Assembly (NCBI GenBank): GCA_965199495.1
Contig: CBDASK010000003.1
Location: 416,001-480,000, forward strand
DNA from: Abditibacterium sp.
Lineage (GTDB): Bacteria > Armatimonadota > Abditibacteriia > Abditibacteriales > Abditibacteriaceae
Direction: 5' to 3'
DNA length: 64,000 bases
Below the pieces are notes generated by a model that made no database searches, was not told the origin of the DNA, and saw nothing but the letters and a program-made list of their open reading frames with translations. How positions within the stretch are numbered: the first letter of the stretch is position 1; each line of letters opens with the position of its first letter. The position numbers and the translations under genes were made by a program. Shown in pieces: positions 36,337 through 45,860 of the stretch.

Positions 36337-37050
36337 TTACTTCAGCAACAGTGGCACGTCGAGCAACGACGTGATGCGTTCGATACCGTTTGGCGCGCGC
36401 ATTATTCCAGTGCGGTCGAGCCACACGCCGCGCCATCCGACAGAGCGCGCGGCCAAGGCATCGTTTTCGATGTGATCGCCGATGTAAAGGCATTCGACCG
36501 CGCTCACGTTCGCCACCTTTTCGGCGAGGGCAAACGCCTGTGGCGACGGTTTGCGCGGGCCATTGGCGTCCAAACTCATGCGCACGGCAAAATATTCGTT
36601 CAGCCCCAAGCGTTCTAATTTGCGCTGCTGTTGATCGGCATCGCCGTTGGTCAGAACGCCCAGACGCTGACCGTGCAGCAGTTCCAACGCGGGTATAACG
36701 TCGGGAAAAAGTCGCCACTGTGCCTCGTAGAGCGGCAGATATAGCGCGAAGTATTCGTCGGCTTTGGCATCGGAGAGTTCGGGTTGCCCCAGAACTTCGC
36801 GGACGCGGCGGCGACGTTGCTCAGCGAAAGAAATCTCGCCGCGCTCGAACCGCTTCCAATGGCGTAGTGCGGCGGATTGCCAGATGCCAGGAAAATTGCT
36901 TTGATTCTGTGCCAACACGTCAGCGGCCAGAGTCACGCGCCAATCGAGCGCCGCCCGTTGCTGTGCGCCGCTATGATCGAGCAAGGTGTCGTCCAAGTCA
37001 AAGAAAATCATGAAAAATAGGCGGCGCCGAAATTGCTTTGGCACCGCCAT
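36337..37050 (-). CDS. HAD-family hydrolase
   Basis: FFDLDDTL, LTNG, KP, YIGDHIENDA. Confidence 0.9.
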   Translation of the reverse strand: MAVPKQFRRRLFFMIFFDLDDTLLDHSGAQQRAALDWRVTLAADVLAQNQSNFPGIWQSAALRHWKRFERGEISFAEQRRRRVREVLGQPELSDAKADEYFALYLPLYEAQWRLFPDVIPALELLHGQRLGVLTNGDADQQQRKLERLGLNEYFAVRMSLDANGPRKPSPQAFALAEKVANVSAVECLYIGDHIENDALAARSVGWRGVWLDRTGIMRAPNGIERITSLLDVPLLLK

Positions 37051-37058
37051 TGAAGCGA

Positions 37059-37598
37059 TTAACTGAAGGTGCCGCTCGGATACAAACCTTTGATGGTGTC
37101 GAGCGTGTCGCTCAAACCGGCCTGATTATCCTGCGTCGCGCTCAGGTTATTGGAATCGCCCGCTTCGTCCAGCTTGCCCGCGAGTTGCTCGACGTTTTTG
37201 ACTTGCGTATTCAGCGTCGCCATTTTGTCAGCGGGCAAACCGCTCGACTCGGCGGGCAAAGTTTTCACGATGTCGCGCACTTTAAAAGCGGCTTCGTGAA
37301 CGGTTTTCAGGTTCTTGGAGGCGATGACTTTATCGAGGTCGGCTTTGGCCGCTTCGATTTTCGTCCAGGTCGCTTTGGCCGAGGTGAAATCGGCGTTGCT
37401 CGCCATAGCGTCCGGCGTGGCTGCATTACTCGACATTGCATCAGCGGGAGCCGCGTTAGCCATCGCGGGTGCGGCGGTGTCGGGCGCAGTCGTCGCGTCG
37501 GTCGCTTTGTTGGAGCCGCAGCCGACGAGGGCCACGCTCAGCAGAAAGGCGCTCAGGCCCAGGAGGGCGGCGCGCGGAGTGAAGATGTGGTGAATCAT
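37059..37598 (-). CDS. Lipoprotein, four-helix bundle, possibly metal binding
   Basis: Lipobox LVGC, Ala/Met-rich linker, helical domain with VHEAA. Confidence 0.75.
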   Translation of the reverse strand: MIHHIFTPRAALLGLSAFLLSVALVGCGSNKATDATTAPDTAAPAMANAAPADAMSSNAATPDAMASNADFTSAKATWTKIEAAKADLDKVIASKNLKTVHEAAFKVRDIVKTLPAESSGLPADKMATLNTQVKNVEQLAGKLDEAGDSNNLSATQDNQAGLSDTLDTIKGLYPSGTFS

Positions 37599-37673
37599 GG
37601 TGTTAAAAGTGGGCGTTTCGAGAACGCCAAGTTAAAGGCGCGCGGAGTTTTTGCGCGCCGCGCGCGAGTTCGT

Positions 37674-40600
37674 TCAGTCGGAGTTTGGGGGCACCGTTTT
37701 GGTGGTCGGTGCTTCGGCGTGGCTGTTGATGCCGTCGCCATCGGTCGCCACTTCGTCAAGGGGCACGTGATCTATATCGTCGCTATCGCGCTTTTGCGCT
37801 TCGCTCGACTCGCCGTTTAGCGGCGCGCTGTCCAAATCCACGCCCGAAAGCAAGTCATCAAACAGATGGCGGTCGGGGTCTTCGGCGATTAAACCGCGCT
37901 CGACGGCGCGTTCATGCGCGTTGCGCTCGGCGATAATTTTGTCGCCAATCGGCTTGCCGAATCGCCAGAACAGCGCGGGCGTGACGACTTGATCCAAGAG
38001 CGTCGAAGTAATCAGGCCGCCCAAAACGACGACGGCCAAGGGCTGCAAAATCTCTTTGCCGGGCGCGCCTTTGGCCAAAGCCAACGGCACCAAAGCCAAA
38101 CCCGCCGTCAATGCCGTCATCAAGACAGGAACCAATCGTTCGAGCGAGCCGCGCACGATCATCTGTTTCGTCCAGCCCTCGCCTTCCTCGCGCATCAGAT
38201 GTTGGTAGTGCGAGATCATCATGATGCCGTTGCGACTGGTGATGCCGAACAGCGAAATGAAACCGACCAGCGAGGCGACCGACAAAACGCCGCCGGTGAG
38301 GTAAACCGCGATGATGCCGCCGATGATGGCCAAGGGAATGTTGACCATCACCTGAAGCGCCGCGCGTGGATGGCCCAGCGCCATTTGCAAGGTCAGGTAA
38401 ATCGCTACCAAAGAGAAGAGCGAGAGGAACAGAATCAGACGCGAAGCCGATTGCTGCGCCTCGAATTGGCCGCCGTATTCGACAAAGTAGCCGGGCGGCA
38501 TTTGGACGCTCGCGCCGACTTTACTTTCCACGTCCTGCACTACCGAACCCAAATCGCGGCCCGCAACGTTGGCGCTAATCACGATGCGGCGCTGCACGTT
38601 CTCGCGCATAATCGCGTTGGGGCCGAAACCTTCTTCGATGTCGGCCACGCTCGACAAGGGAATTTTGGCGCCGCCCGGAGTGTCAATAAGAACGCCTCGA
38701 ATCGCGTCCAAATTGCCCCGTGCGGCATCGTTGAAGCGCACCAGAACTTCGTAAGATCGCTGGCCTTCCAAAACGATTCCGGCGTTTTGGCCCAGCATCG
38801 CGGTTTCCAATGCTTCGCTCACTTCACCACTCTGCAAGCCGTAGCGCGCCAGAGCGTCGCGCTTCATGCGAATCTGAACCTGGGGAATCTCGACTAACTT
38901 CTCAACCTTCAAATCCACGATGCCCGGAACGCCCAACATCGCTTGCCGAATCTCTTCGGCTTTGGCGCGCAGTGTCGGCAAATCCGGCCCGAAGACTTTA
39001 ACCGCCAACTGCGAGTTGACGCCCGACAGCAAATGATCCAAACGGTGCGAAATCGGTTGGCCGATGTTGAGCGTCACGCCCGGCAAGGTGCCCAACTTCT
39101 GCCGCACATCGGCCAGAATAATTTCTTTGGGACGACCTGCTTTGAGTTCAACCTCGATCTCGCTGGAATGAACGCCCTCGGCGTGTTCGTCCAGTTCGGC
39201 GCGTCCCGTCCGGCGCCCTGTTTCGGTGACTTCGGGGATTTGCTTCAAGAGCAGTTCGGCGGCGGTGCCCAGACGATTACTCTCTTCCAGACTGGTGCCG
39301 GGTTGCGCCAACATATTGATGGTCAGCGAACCTTCGTTGAAGCCGGGCAAAAATTCCTTGCCCATGAATGGCGTCGTCGCCATCGCCACAACGAACAGTA
39401 GACCGGCGCCAATTAGAATCGGCATCGGACGGTTGAGCGTCCAGCCCAGCAAACGCGTGTCCACTTTCTTAAGCCAACGCACCAGGGCGCTGTCTTTTTC
39501 AACGTGCGTAATCGCCTTAGATTTGGGCAACAGATACGACGCTAAAACCGGCGTCACCGTGAGCGACACAAACAATGAAGCGAGGAGCGAGACGATGTAG
39601 GCGATGCCCAAGGGCGCGAAGAGTTTGCCTTCCATACCCGACAGCGCAAATAACGGGATGAAGACCAGCGCCACGATAATTGTGGCGAACACAATCGAGT
39701 TGCGAACTTCGCGGCTCGCCTCGTAGATCACTTGAAGCGGCGGACGTGGCTGCTGTTCGCGGGCGTTCTCGCGCAGACGCCGAAAGACGTTTTCCACGTC
39801 CACAATCGCGTCGTCCACCAATTCGCCAATCGCGACCGCCAAACCGCCCAGCGTCATGGTGTTGACGCCGACGCCGAACTGCTTGAACACAATCGCCGTG
39901 ACCAAAAACGAAAGCGGAATTGCAGTCAGGGTAATCGCCGTCGTGCGGAAGTTGAGCAGAAACAGGAACAAGACGATGGTGACCAGAATCGCCGCGTCGC
40001 GCAGAGCTTCCTCGACGTTGCCGACCGCCGATTCGATGAAGTTGGATTGTCGGAAAATCTGTTTGTTGATCTGCACATCGGCGGGCAAACTCTTTTGGAT
40101 GTCGTCTAAGGCCGCGTCTACTTTACCGGTCAGTTCGAGCGTGTTGGCGCCCGGCTGTTTTTCTATGTTGAGAATCACGGCGGGCGCGGCGTTGGCCGAG
40201 CCGTCGCCACGCTTGAGCTGCGCGCCCGCTACAACCTGCGCGACTTGGCCGACCGTAATCGGCACGCCCGCGTTGCTTTCGATGGCGGTATCCGCGATGT
40301 CTTGCGGCGTTTGGACGCGGCCCAAATTGCGAACCAGATACTCTTTGCCGCCCCGATCAATCCAGCCGCCAGTCGTGTTGACGTTGCTCTTTTCGACGGC
40401 GGCAGTGACTTCGTTCAAGGTCACGCCAAACTGCTTGAGCTTGGCCGGATCGATCAGAACTTGAAGCTGCTTGCGCCCGCCACCGATGTTGATGACCTGT
40501 GCCACGCCCGGCACAGAAAGCAATCGCGGACGCACCACCCAATCGGCTAAGGTTCGCAACTGAAGCGGGTCGGTCTTACCGTCTTTGGACGACATCGAGA

Positions 40601-41024
40601 TCAGCATGATGCTGCCCATGACCGACGAAATCGGCGCCAGTTGAGGAGCCACGTCGGGCGGCAACTGCTCGCGCGCCTGCGCCAGTTTCTCGTTGACGAT
40701 CTGGCGGTCGGTGTAAATATCGGTGCCCCAGGCGAAATCGACGTAAACGATGGACAAACCCGGCGCGCTCGACGAGCGCACGCGTTCGACGCCACTCGCG
40801 CCGTTCATCGAAGTTTCGATGGGCAACGTGACCAGAGTTTCGACTTCTTCGGGCGCCAGACCGTTGGCCTCGGTCATGATGGTGACGACGGGCCGATTGA
40901 GATCGGGCAGCACGTCAACTGGCAAGTTGGCTGTCACGATGCCGCCGTAGACCAGGATCATGGCGGCGAGCGCCATCACGATGGGCCGGTGCGCCAGCGA
41001 CCAAGCGATGATTTTGTTGAGCAT
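37674..41024 (-). CDS. CusA/CzcA-family heavy-metal RND permease
   Basis: PVDVLPDL, APEEVE, NTMTLGGLAVAIGELVDDAIVDVEN, ERLVPVLMTAL, PLAVVVLGGL. Confidence 0.95.
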   Translation of the reverse strand: MLNKIIAWSLAHRPIVMALAAMILVYGGIVTANLPVDVLPDLNRPVVTIMTEANGLAPEEVETLVTLPIETSMNGASGVERVRSSSAPGLSIVYVDFAWGTDIYTDRQIVNEKLAQAREQLPPDVAPQLAPISSVMGSIMLISMSSKDGKTDPLQLRTLADWVVRPRLLSVPGVAQVINIGGGRKQLQVLIDPAKLKQFGVTLNEVTAAVEKSNVNTTGGWIDRGGKEYLVRNLGRVQTPQDIADTAIESNAGVPITVGQVAQVVAGAQLKRGDGSANAAPAVILNIEKQPGANTLELTGKVDAALDDIQKSLPADVQINKQIFRQSNFIESAVGNVEEALRDAAILVTIVLFLFLLNFRTTAITLTAIPLSFLVTAIVFKQFGVGVNTMTLGGLAVAIGELVDDAIVDVENVFRRLRENAREQQPRPPLQVIYEASREVRNSIVFATIIVALVFIPLFALSGMEGKLFAPLGIAYIVSLLASLFVSLTVTPVLASYLLPKSKAITHVEKDSALVRWLKKVDTRLLGWTLNRPMPILIGAGLLFVVAMATTPFMGKEFLPGFNEGSLTINMLAQPGTSLEESNRLGTAAELLLKQIPEVTETGRRTGRAELDEHAEGVHSSEIEVELKAGRPKEIILADVRQKLGTLPGVTLNIGQPISHRLDHLLSGVNSQLAVKVFGPDLPTLRAKAEEIRQAMLGVPGIVDLKVEKLVEIPQVQIRMKRDALARYGLQSGEVSEALETAMLGQNAGIVLEGQRSYEVLVRFNDAARGNLDAIRGVLIDTPGGAKIPLSSVADIEEGFGPNAIMRENVQRRIVISANVAGRDLGSVVQDVESKVGASVQMPPGYFVEYGGQFEAQQSASRLILFLSLFSLVAIYLTLQMALGHPRAALQVMVNIPLAIIGGIIAVYLTGGVLSVASLVGFISLFGITSRNGIMMISHYQHLMREEGEGWTKQMIVRGSLERLVPVLMTALTAGLALVPLALAKGAPGKEILQPLAVVVLGGLITSTLLDQVVTPALFWRFGKPIGDKIIAERNAHERAVERGLIAEDPDRHLFDDLLSGVDLDSAPLNGESSEAQKRDSDDIDHVPLDEVATDGDGINSHAEAPTTKTVPPNSD

Positions 41025-41204
41025 GAAAATTCTTGGTCACCCGTAATCTTAGTGCTATGGGCAACACTCTAACCGTTAAATCTGGCTGCGCAAAAACAGG
41101 CATTCGCCCACGAAAAAGCGAATTTCGTAGCGCAGACGCAAGCCACATTCGAGATTGTTAATACCTATCCGGTCGTGAACCAATTCACGCGTTAAATGTG
41201 AACG

Positions 41205-41237
41205 CTGAATTCCGGCTCAAGGAGAGCCGGAATTCAG
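41205..41237. terminator. Strong hairpin / terminator after cupredoxin gene
   Basis: 14-bp perfect stem CTGAATTCCGGCTC...GAGCCGGAATTCAG. Confidence 0.6.
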
Positions 41238-41249
41238 TTTTGGGGCCGT

Positions 41250-41627
41250 TTACTTAGCGGTGATGGTGCCCTTGAACATCCTCATTTTACAGGCAAAGCC
41301 GATGATCTGGCCCTTTTTCGGGGTAAAGACGATCTCCTTTTTCTCGCCTTTTTTGAGGCTCACGTCCTGCTTGAGAGCTAGAATAGTGAAGCTATTGGCG
41401 CAACCTTCGCCTTTGGAAACGAAAGTCAAGCGGACTTCCTGTCCGGGCTTAACTTTGATGGCTGCCGGATGAAAGCCTTTGGCGTCAATCGAGACGGTGA
41501 CTTTCTGGTCTTTGTGGGTTTTGGTGTGGTCTTCGCCACCGTGAGCCGAGGCGATTTGCGGCGCCATCGAAGCGCCGAGTAATCCGGCGCCCAGCGCCAG
41601 TCCCGCGAGAATTTGTTTGCTGTTCAT
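41250..41627 (-). CDS. Secreted cupredoxin-like protein
   Basis: Signal peptide, AHGGEDH, GFHP..I.VK.G, GCA, FTP, FACKMRMFKG. Confidence 0.85.
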   Translation of the reverse strand: MNSKQILAGLALGAGLLGASMAPQIASAHGGEDHTKTHKDQKVTVSIDAKGFHPAAIKVKPGQEVRLTFVSKGEGCANSFTILALKQDVSLKKGEKKEIVFTPKKGQIIGFACKMRMFKGTITAK

Positions 41628-41699
41628 GTGTGTGTAACTCCTTGTGATTTTGTGTCCCGCGCCGTCGCATCGAAGTGCCTCGGCGCGGGACGGTCGGTG

Positions 41700-41951
41700 T
41701 TAGCCCAGAAAGCTGGTCATCATAGCGCGCAGTTCCACCGGATCAACGGCACAATCTTCCGTTGTCATCTGTTCGCTTATGTGTTCGAAGAGCAGATCAA
41801 AGAAAAGCGCGTTTAATTGCTCACGCAAATCGCACAAAACGGACAAGGCTACGGCGTTTTGCTGCGAATTCAACAGGGGTTGCAACTCGTTCAAGCGTGT
41901 TTCCAGTTGCCTCAATCGCTCTTTGGCCTCACTTCGCGTTAAGTCATTCAT
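41700..41951 (-). CDS. Hypothetical small helical protein
   Basis: 83-aa ORF filling the operon gap; loosely resembles the CsoR/RcnR helical size class but motifs are not clear. Confidence 0.5.
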   Translation of the reverse strand: MNDLTRSEAKERLRQLETRLNELQPLLNSQQNAVALSVLCDLREQLNALFFDLLFEHISEQMTTEDCAVDPVELRAMMTSFLG

Positions 41952-41971
41952 AATGTTCCCTGATTAGAAGC

Positions 41972-43120
41972 TCAGTGCGAGTGCGGCTTGGCCTCGTCCC
42001 CACCGTGCGGCGCCGCTTCGCCCTGCGCGCCCGTGGTCGCAGCCACGTCCACCACAAACGCCGCCGTGATGATGCGATTCTGATGCTGGAACTGGCCCCA
42101 CACTTTGTAAAGCCCGGCCTTGGGGAAGTTGGTGTGAAACATCACGTCCGGCCCGCCGCTCATCGGTTTGTCGAGCTTAATCGCGCCAGTTTTGGCATCG
42201 GCACTTTTGGGCGCATCCATCTTCATATCGCCCATTTTGTCGTCGCCCATTTTCATGTCGCCCATCGAATGATCCATGCCCGCCATTTTGCCATCGGCTC
42301 CCATCGGGTGCGAGTGCAGATACAAATTGGTATCGTTGGACAGAATTACGCAATGGCCCATCGCGCCCAAATAGGGCTGCAAATCTTTGACGGGCACGCC
42401 TTTATCATTGCGAATCTGAAAATGTAGCATGGTGTCTTGGCCCGCGACAATCGGCGAGGGCATCGGCATCAGCGCGACTTCGTAAGGCTTGCCACCGGTC
42501 TCTTCCGGCTCGCCTTCGGGATGCGAGTTGAATTTGTTCACCAGCCACATTCCCTGCGGTTTGTCGGGCGTTAAAGTCACGTTGGCCGCTTTGACGGTTT
42601 CTCCGGCGGTGGCGAACTCGAACTGCGGAATTTCCTGTCCGATGCCCTTAACGGTATAATCGGCGTAGAGCTTGTAAGTGCCCGCAGTGGGCAACGCGGT
42701 CGTGACGACGAATTTGCCGTCGCCTTTAAATTCGGGATGGATGTGGTTGAACCACGACAGATCGTTTTTGACCACGATGAGGTGCATCTTTTTGGTCATC
42801 TCGATCTCGAAATCGTTGATGTTATCGCCGCTTTTGGCGTCGGTGATTTGCAGCGTCCAAGTCGCCGGTTTGCCGACCGGAATCGCGGCGGGCGCGCTGC
42901 TAAAAGCGAGTTTGGTGGCGTTGGTGGGCGGCTTCATTTCGCCCATCGCATCGTCACGACGCGCGCTGGCTTTAGCGTCGTCCGCAACGGCCACAACGTT
43001 CGCATCGCTGGTGTCAGCAACTTCGGTTGTCGTTGGTGCCGCGTTGTTGCAGCCCGCAATGAAGAGCGCGCCACTGAGAAGAGCAAGGCCCAGAACGGGC
43101 AGTTTGAGGTAAGTTTTCAT
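41972..43120 (-). CDS. Heavy-metal-binding lipoprotein with duplicated Ig-like domain and Met-rich insert
   Basis: Lipobox IAGC; MHLIVV..DLSWFNHIHP and LGAMGHCVIL..YLHSHP; FPKAGLYKVWGQF; MGDMKM repeats. Confidence 0.85.
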   Translation of the reverse strand: MKTYLKLPVLGLALLSGALFIAGCNNAAPTTTEVADTSDANVVAVADDAKASARRDDAMGEMKPPTNATKLAFSSAPAAIPVGKPATWTLQITDAKSGDNINDFEIEMTKKMHLIVVKNDLSWFNHIHPEFKGDGKFVVTTALPTAGTYKLYADYTVKGIGQEIPQFEFATAGETVKAANVTLTPDKPQGMWLVNKFNSHPEGEPEETGGKPYEVALMPMPSPIVAGQDTMLHFQIRNDKGVPVKDLQPYLGAMGHCVILSNDTNLYLHSHPMGADGKMAGMDHSMGDMKMGDDKMGDMKMDAPKSADAKTGAIKLDKPMSGGPDVMFHTNFPKAGLYKVWGQFQHQNRIITAAFVVDVAATTGAQGEAAPHGGDEAKPHSH

Positions 43121-43160
43121 GTTGGTGTTTGGTTGGTTATTTTGGAGTTATGGAAGTGGT

Positions 43161-45860
43161 TTAGGCACCACGCGCCGCTTGAGCGCGCAACGCCGCCGCG
43201 CCCTCGGTCACCACGACATCGCTTTGTCCGATGCCGCTTTTGATTTCAGTGCGCCCGGCACTGGTGTTGCCGGTTGTGACTTCGCGGCGCTCGTAACGAG
43301 AGCCTTTAACGACGAACACGATTTTGGCGGCGCCGTCTTCCAGAACCGCGTCGGCAGGAACGGTCAGCGAGGGGTTGCCCACGCCGGTTTGGATTTGCCC
43401 GCGCACAAATACGCCGGGGCGCAGAGAGCCGGGGTTATCAATGGTGGCGCGCGCCGTCAAAGCGCGGGTTTGCGGGTCAACCTGCGAACCGATATAAGAG
43501 AGACGGCCCTCGAACCGCTTGCCGGGCGCGGCATCGCTGGTTAAAGTCACACTGTCACCGATATTCACGCGCGCAGCGTCGGCCTCGAACAAAGCCGCTT
43601 CGAGCGCGACGCTATCGAGATTGACGACCGTCATCAAAGGCGCGTCGGCTTGCACCAGTTCGCCCAAAGCCACGTCACGCGATTGCACGATGCCCGCGAT
43701 AGGCGCGCGAACCGGCATGTCCACACTGGAACCGGGCGAACTTTGCAGCAGCTTGAGAGCATTGCGCGCGGCGTCGGCATCGGCCTGGGCGCTCACCAGA
43801 GCGGCGCGCGCGGCCTGAATTTGCGCGGTGTTGTTGAGGCCCGCGTTGTAAACCTTGCGTTCGCGCCCCAGCGTCGAGTTGGCGACCTCGAGAGCGCGTT
43901 GCGCTTTATAAAGTCCAGCCTGGGCGCTCTGCACTCCGGCGCGGGCGTTGCCCAACTGACTACGATTGGCGATGTTCGCGCTAAAAATCTTCGATTCCCG
44001 ATCCAGTGCCGCCTTTGCCAAGCGCACGCCCGATTGAGCTTGCGCGACCTGCGCGGTGCGCGTGGCTGCATCGGCGCGCGCGCTCGCGAGGGCGCTTTGC
44101 GCCGCCGCGACTTCGGCGGTTCCGTTGACGTTGCTGGCCGCGATTTGCTTCTGGCGCGAGAGTTCTTGCTGAGCGGTTTTCTCGTCGGCTTGCGCGGTTT
44201 GCAGACGCGCGGTCGCGGTGTCGAAGGCTTGCTGCGCGGCTTCCAAATCGCGGCCCGAAACCAAACCCTCGCCGATTAAAGATTGAGCGCGCGATAGATT
44301 GGCGCGTGTCGTTGCCACTTCGCTCTGCGCCGCCGCGCGCGCCGATTGCGCCGCAACGAGGGAACGTTGCGCTTCCTGCGCGGGCCGCGAAACGTAAGCG
44401 CCCGACTGCGCGAGTTGCTGGCGCCTTTTCAGTTCGGCTTGTGCGCCTTTCACGCTGGCGTTGGCGTTGTTCAGCGCCGCTTGCGCAGTTTTGAGCGCCT
44501 CGGTCGCTTGCGATGCTTGAGCGCGCGCCGCTTCGAGCGCGGGATTGGCGTAACCTCCGGCACCTGCGGTTCGCGTCGCGGTGTCGAGGGCAACGCGCGC
44601 ACTTTGCAACGCGGCCTGTTGCACGCGCACATCTCCGGCGGCTTCGGCTTGCGCGCGCCGCGCGGCTTCCAGAGGAGCGCGCGAAAATACGCCCGCGTTG
44701 GCCTGAGCGTTGATAACTTTCAGATTGGACTGCGCGTTTTGCAAGCGCGCCTGAGCCTGAGTAAACGCCGATTGCGCTTCGCCGATGTCACGGCTTTCGA
44801 CGACCGCGACGACTTGGCCTTGTGTCACTTTGTCGCCCTGCTTCACGTTCAGGCTCGTGACCCGGCCCGGCACGAGCGACGACACGCGCACCGACGCACC
44901 TTGATCGGGCGCAATTTGTCCGTTGAAGGCAATGCCCGTTGCCAACTGTGCGACCTTAACCGGCGCGGTTTTGATGTTCAATAAACGCGCGGTTTCGTCA
45001 GGCAACTTGACTTCGCCGGGCGCCAGAACATTGGGCGTTGCCGTCGTAGTGCGCGCAATCAAAGTGATGCGCACGTTGCCCGCTTTCTGGGTTGCGCTCG
45101 TCTGGCCGAGTTGAATGTTGGGCGTCGCCGCTACCGCCGAAGCGGCGGGCGCGGGTTTCTCATCGTCTTCGCCGCCGTGCGCCCACACCGCTTGCGCGCC
45201 CAGGCCCAACAGCGCGACGCATAATAAGGCGGCAGTCACGGTTTCGGGCGCGGGTTTTTCGACTTTGGTGAGGCTCACGTCCGCATCTAAATCATGACGA
45301 GGACGCGATTTGCGCCTCTTGATGAGCCACGCGATGACCGCCAACGCCAGAGCGCCCAGAAGCCACGGCAACGCGCGGCGCCACAGAGTCACAGCGACGA
45401 CGGCTTTGGGCAAAACAAATGTCACGGTGGTGTCGAACGGCTCGCCGGTTTGAGGAGTAACGTGCAGTTCGAGCAGATAAGTTCCCGGCTCGGAAAACTG
45501 ATAAACCGGCGCATCCTCGGCGAAACGGACGATGTAATAACCGGGCGTTTTCTCCGGCTCGGCGGTCACGCGCGAGAGCAAATCGCCGTCGTCGTGCTTC
45601 AAAAAGCCGCGCACTTTGGCGTTCGCCAAAGGCGCTGAAGTGCCCGCCGCGCTTTGATTCAAATCTTCGAGATGAATTTCCAGTTCGGTTTGGGTGGCGC
45701 CACTCGGAGCGGTCGCGGCGGCGGGTTCGGACGCGGCGGCGTGATCTTCGTCGCCGTGCGCGCCCGCGCGAAGCGGCGCAGAAAGTGCCGCGATTACCAA
45801 GCACAGCGCCGTCCATTTTGCGAGAGTTTTTAAATGTTTCATTTCGGTTGGCAAAACCAT
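43161..45860 (-). CDS. RND periplasmic adaptor (CusB/CzcB-like), unusually long
   Basis: Lipoyl halves (VSSLVPGRV..VKQGDKV; VRAPIAGIV), beta-barrel and LRPGVFV; long Ala/Gln helical insert; two AHG.ED N-terminal segments. Confidence 0.9.
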   Translation of the reverse strand: MVLPTEMKHLKTLAKWTALCLVIAALSAPLRAGAHGDEDHAAASEPAAATAPSGATQTELEIHLEDLNQSAAGTSAPLANAKVRGFLKHDDGDLLSRVTAEPEKTPGYYIVRFAEDAPVYQFSEPGTYLLELHVTPQTGEPFDTTVTFVLPKAVVAVTLWRRALPWLLGALALAVIAWLIKRRKSRPRHDLDADVSLTKVEKPAPETVTAALLCVALLGLGAQAVWAHGGEDDEKPAPAASAVAATPNIQLGQTSATQKAGNVRITLIARTTTATPNVLAPGEVKLPDETARLLNIKTAPVKVAQLATGIAFNGQIAPDQGASVRVSSLVPGRVTSLNVKQGDKVTQGQVVAVVESRDIGEAQSAFTQAQARLQNAQSNLKVINAQANAGVFSRAPLEAARRAQAEAAGDVRVQQAALQSARVALDTATRTAGAGGYANPALEAARAQASQATEALKTAQAALNNANASVKGAQAELKRRQQLAQSGAYVSRPAQEAQRSLVAAQSARAAAQSEVATTRANLSRAQSLIGEGLVSGRDLEAAQQAFDTATARLQTAQADEKTAQQELSRQKQIAASNVNGTAEVAAAQSALASARADAATRTAQVAQAQSGVRLAKAALDRESKIFSANIANRSQLGNARAGVQSAQAGLYKAQRALEVANSTLGRERKVYNAGLNNTAQIQAARAALVSAQADADAARNALKLLQSSPGSSVDMPVRAPIAGIVQSRDVALGELVQADAPLMTVVNLDSVALEAALFEADAARVNIGDSVTLTSDAAPGKRFEGRLSYIGSQVDPQTRALTARATIDNPGSLRPGVFVRGQIQTGVGNPSLTVPADAVLEDGAAKIVFVVKGSRYERREVTTGNTSAGRTEIKSGIGQSDVVVTEGAAALRAQAARGA

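Noticed and set aside
37038..40464. Several long plus-strand ORFs
   Set aside because: Antisense to the lipoprotein and CusA genes.
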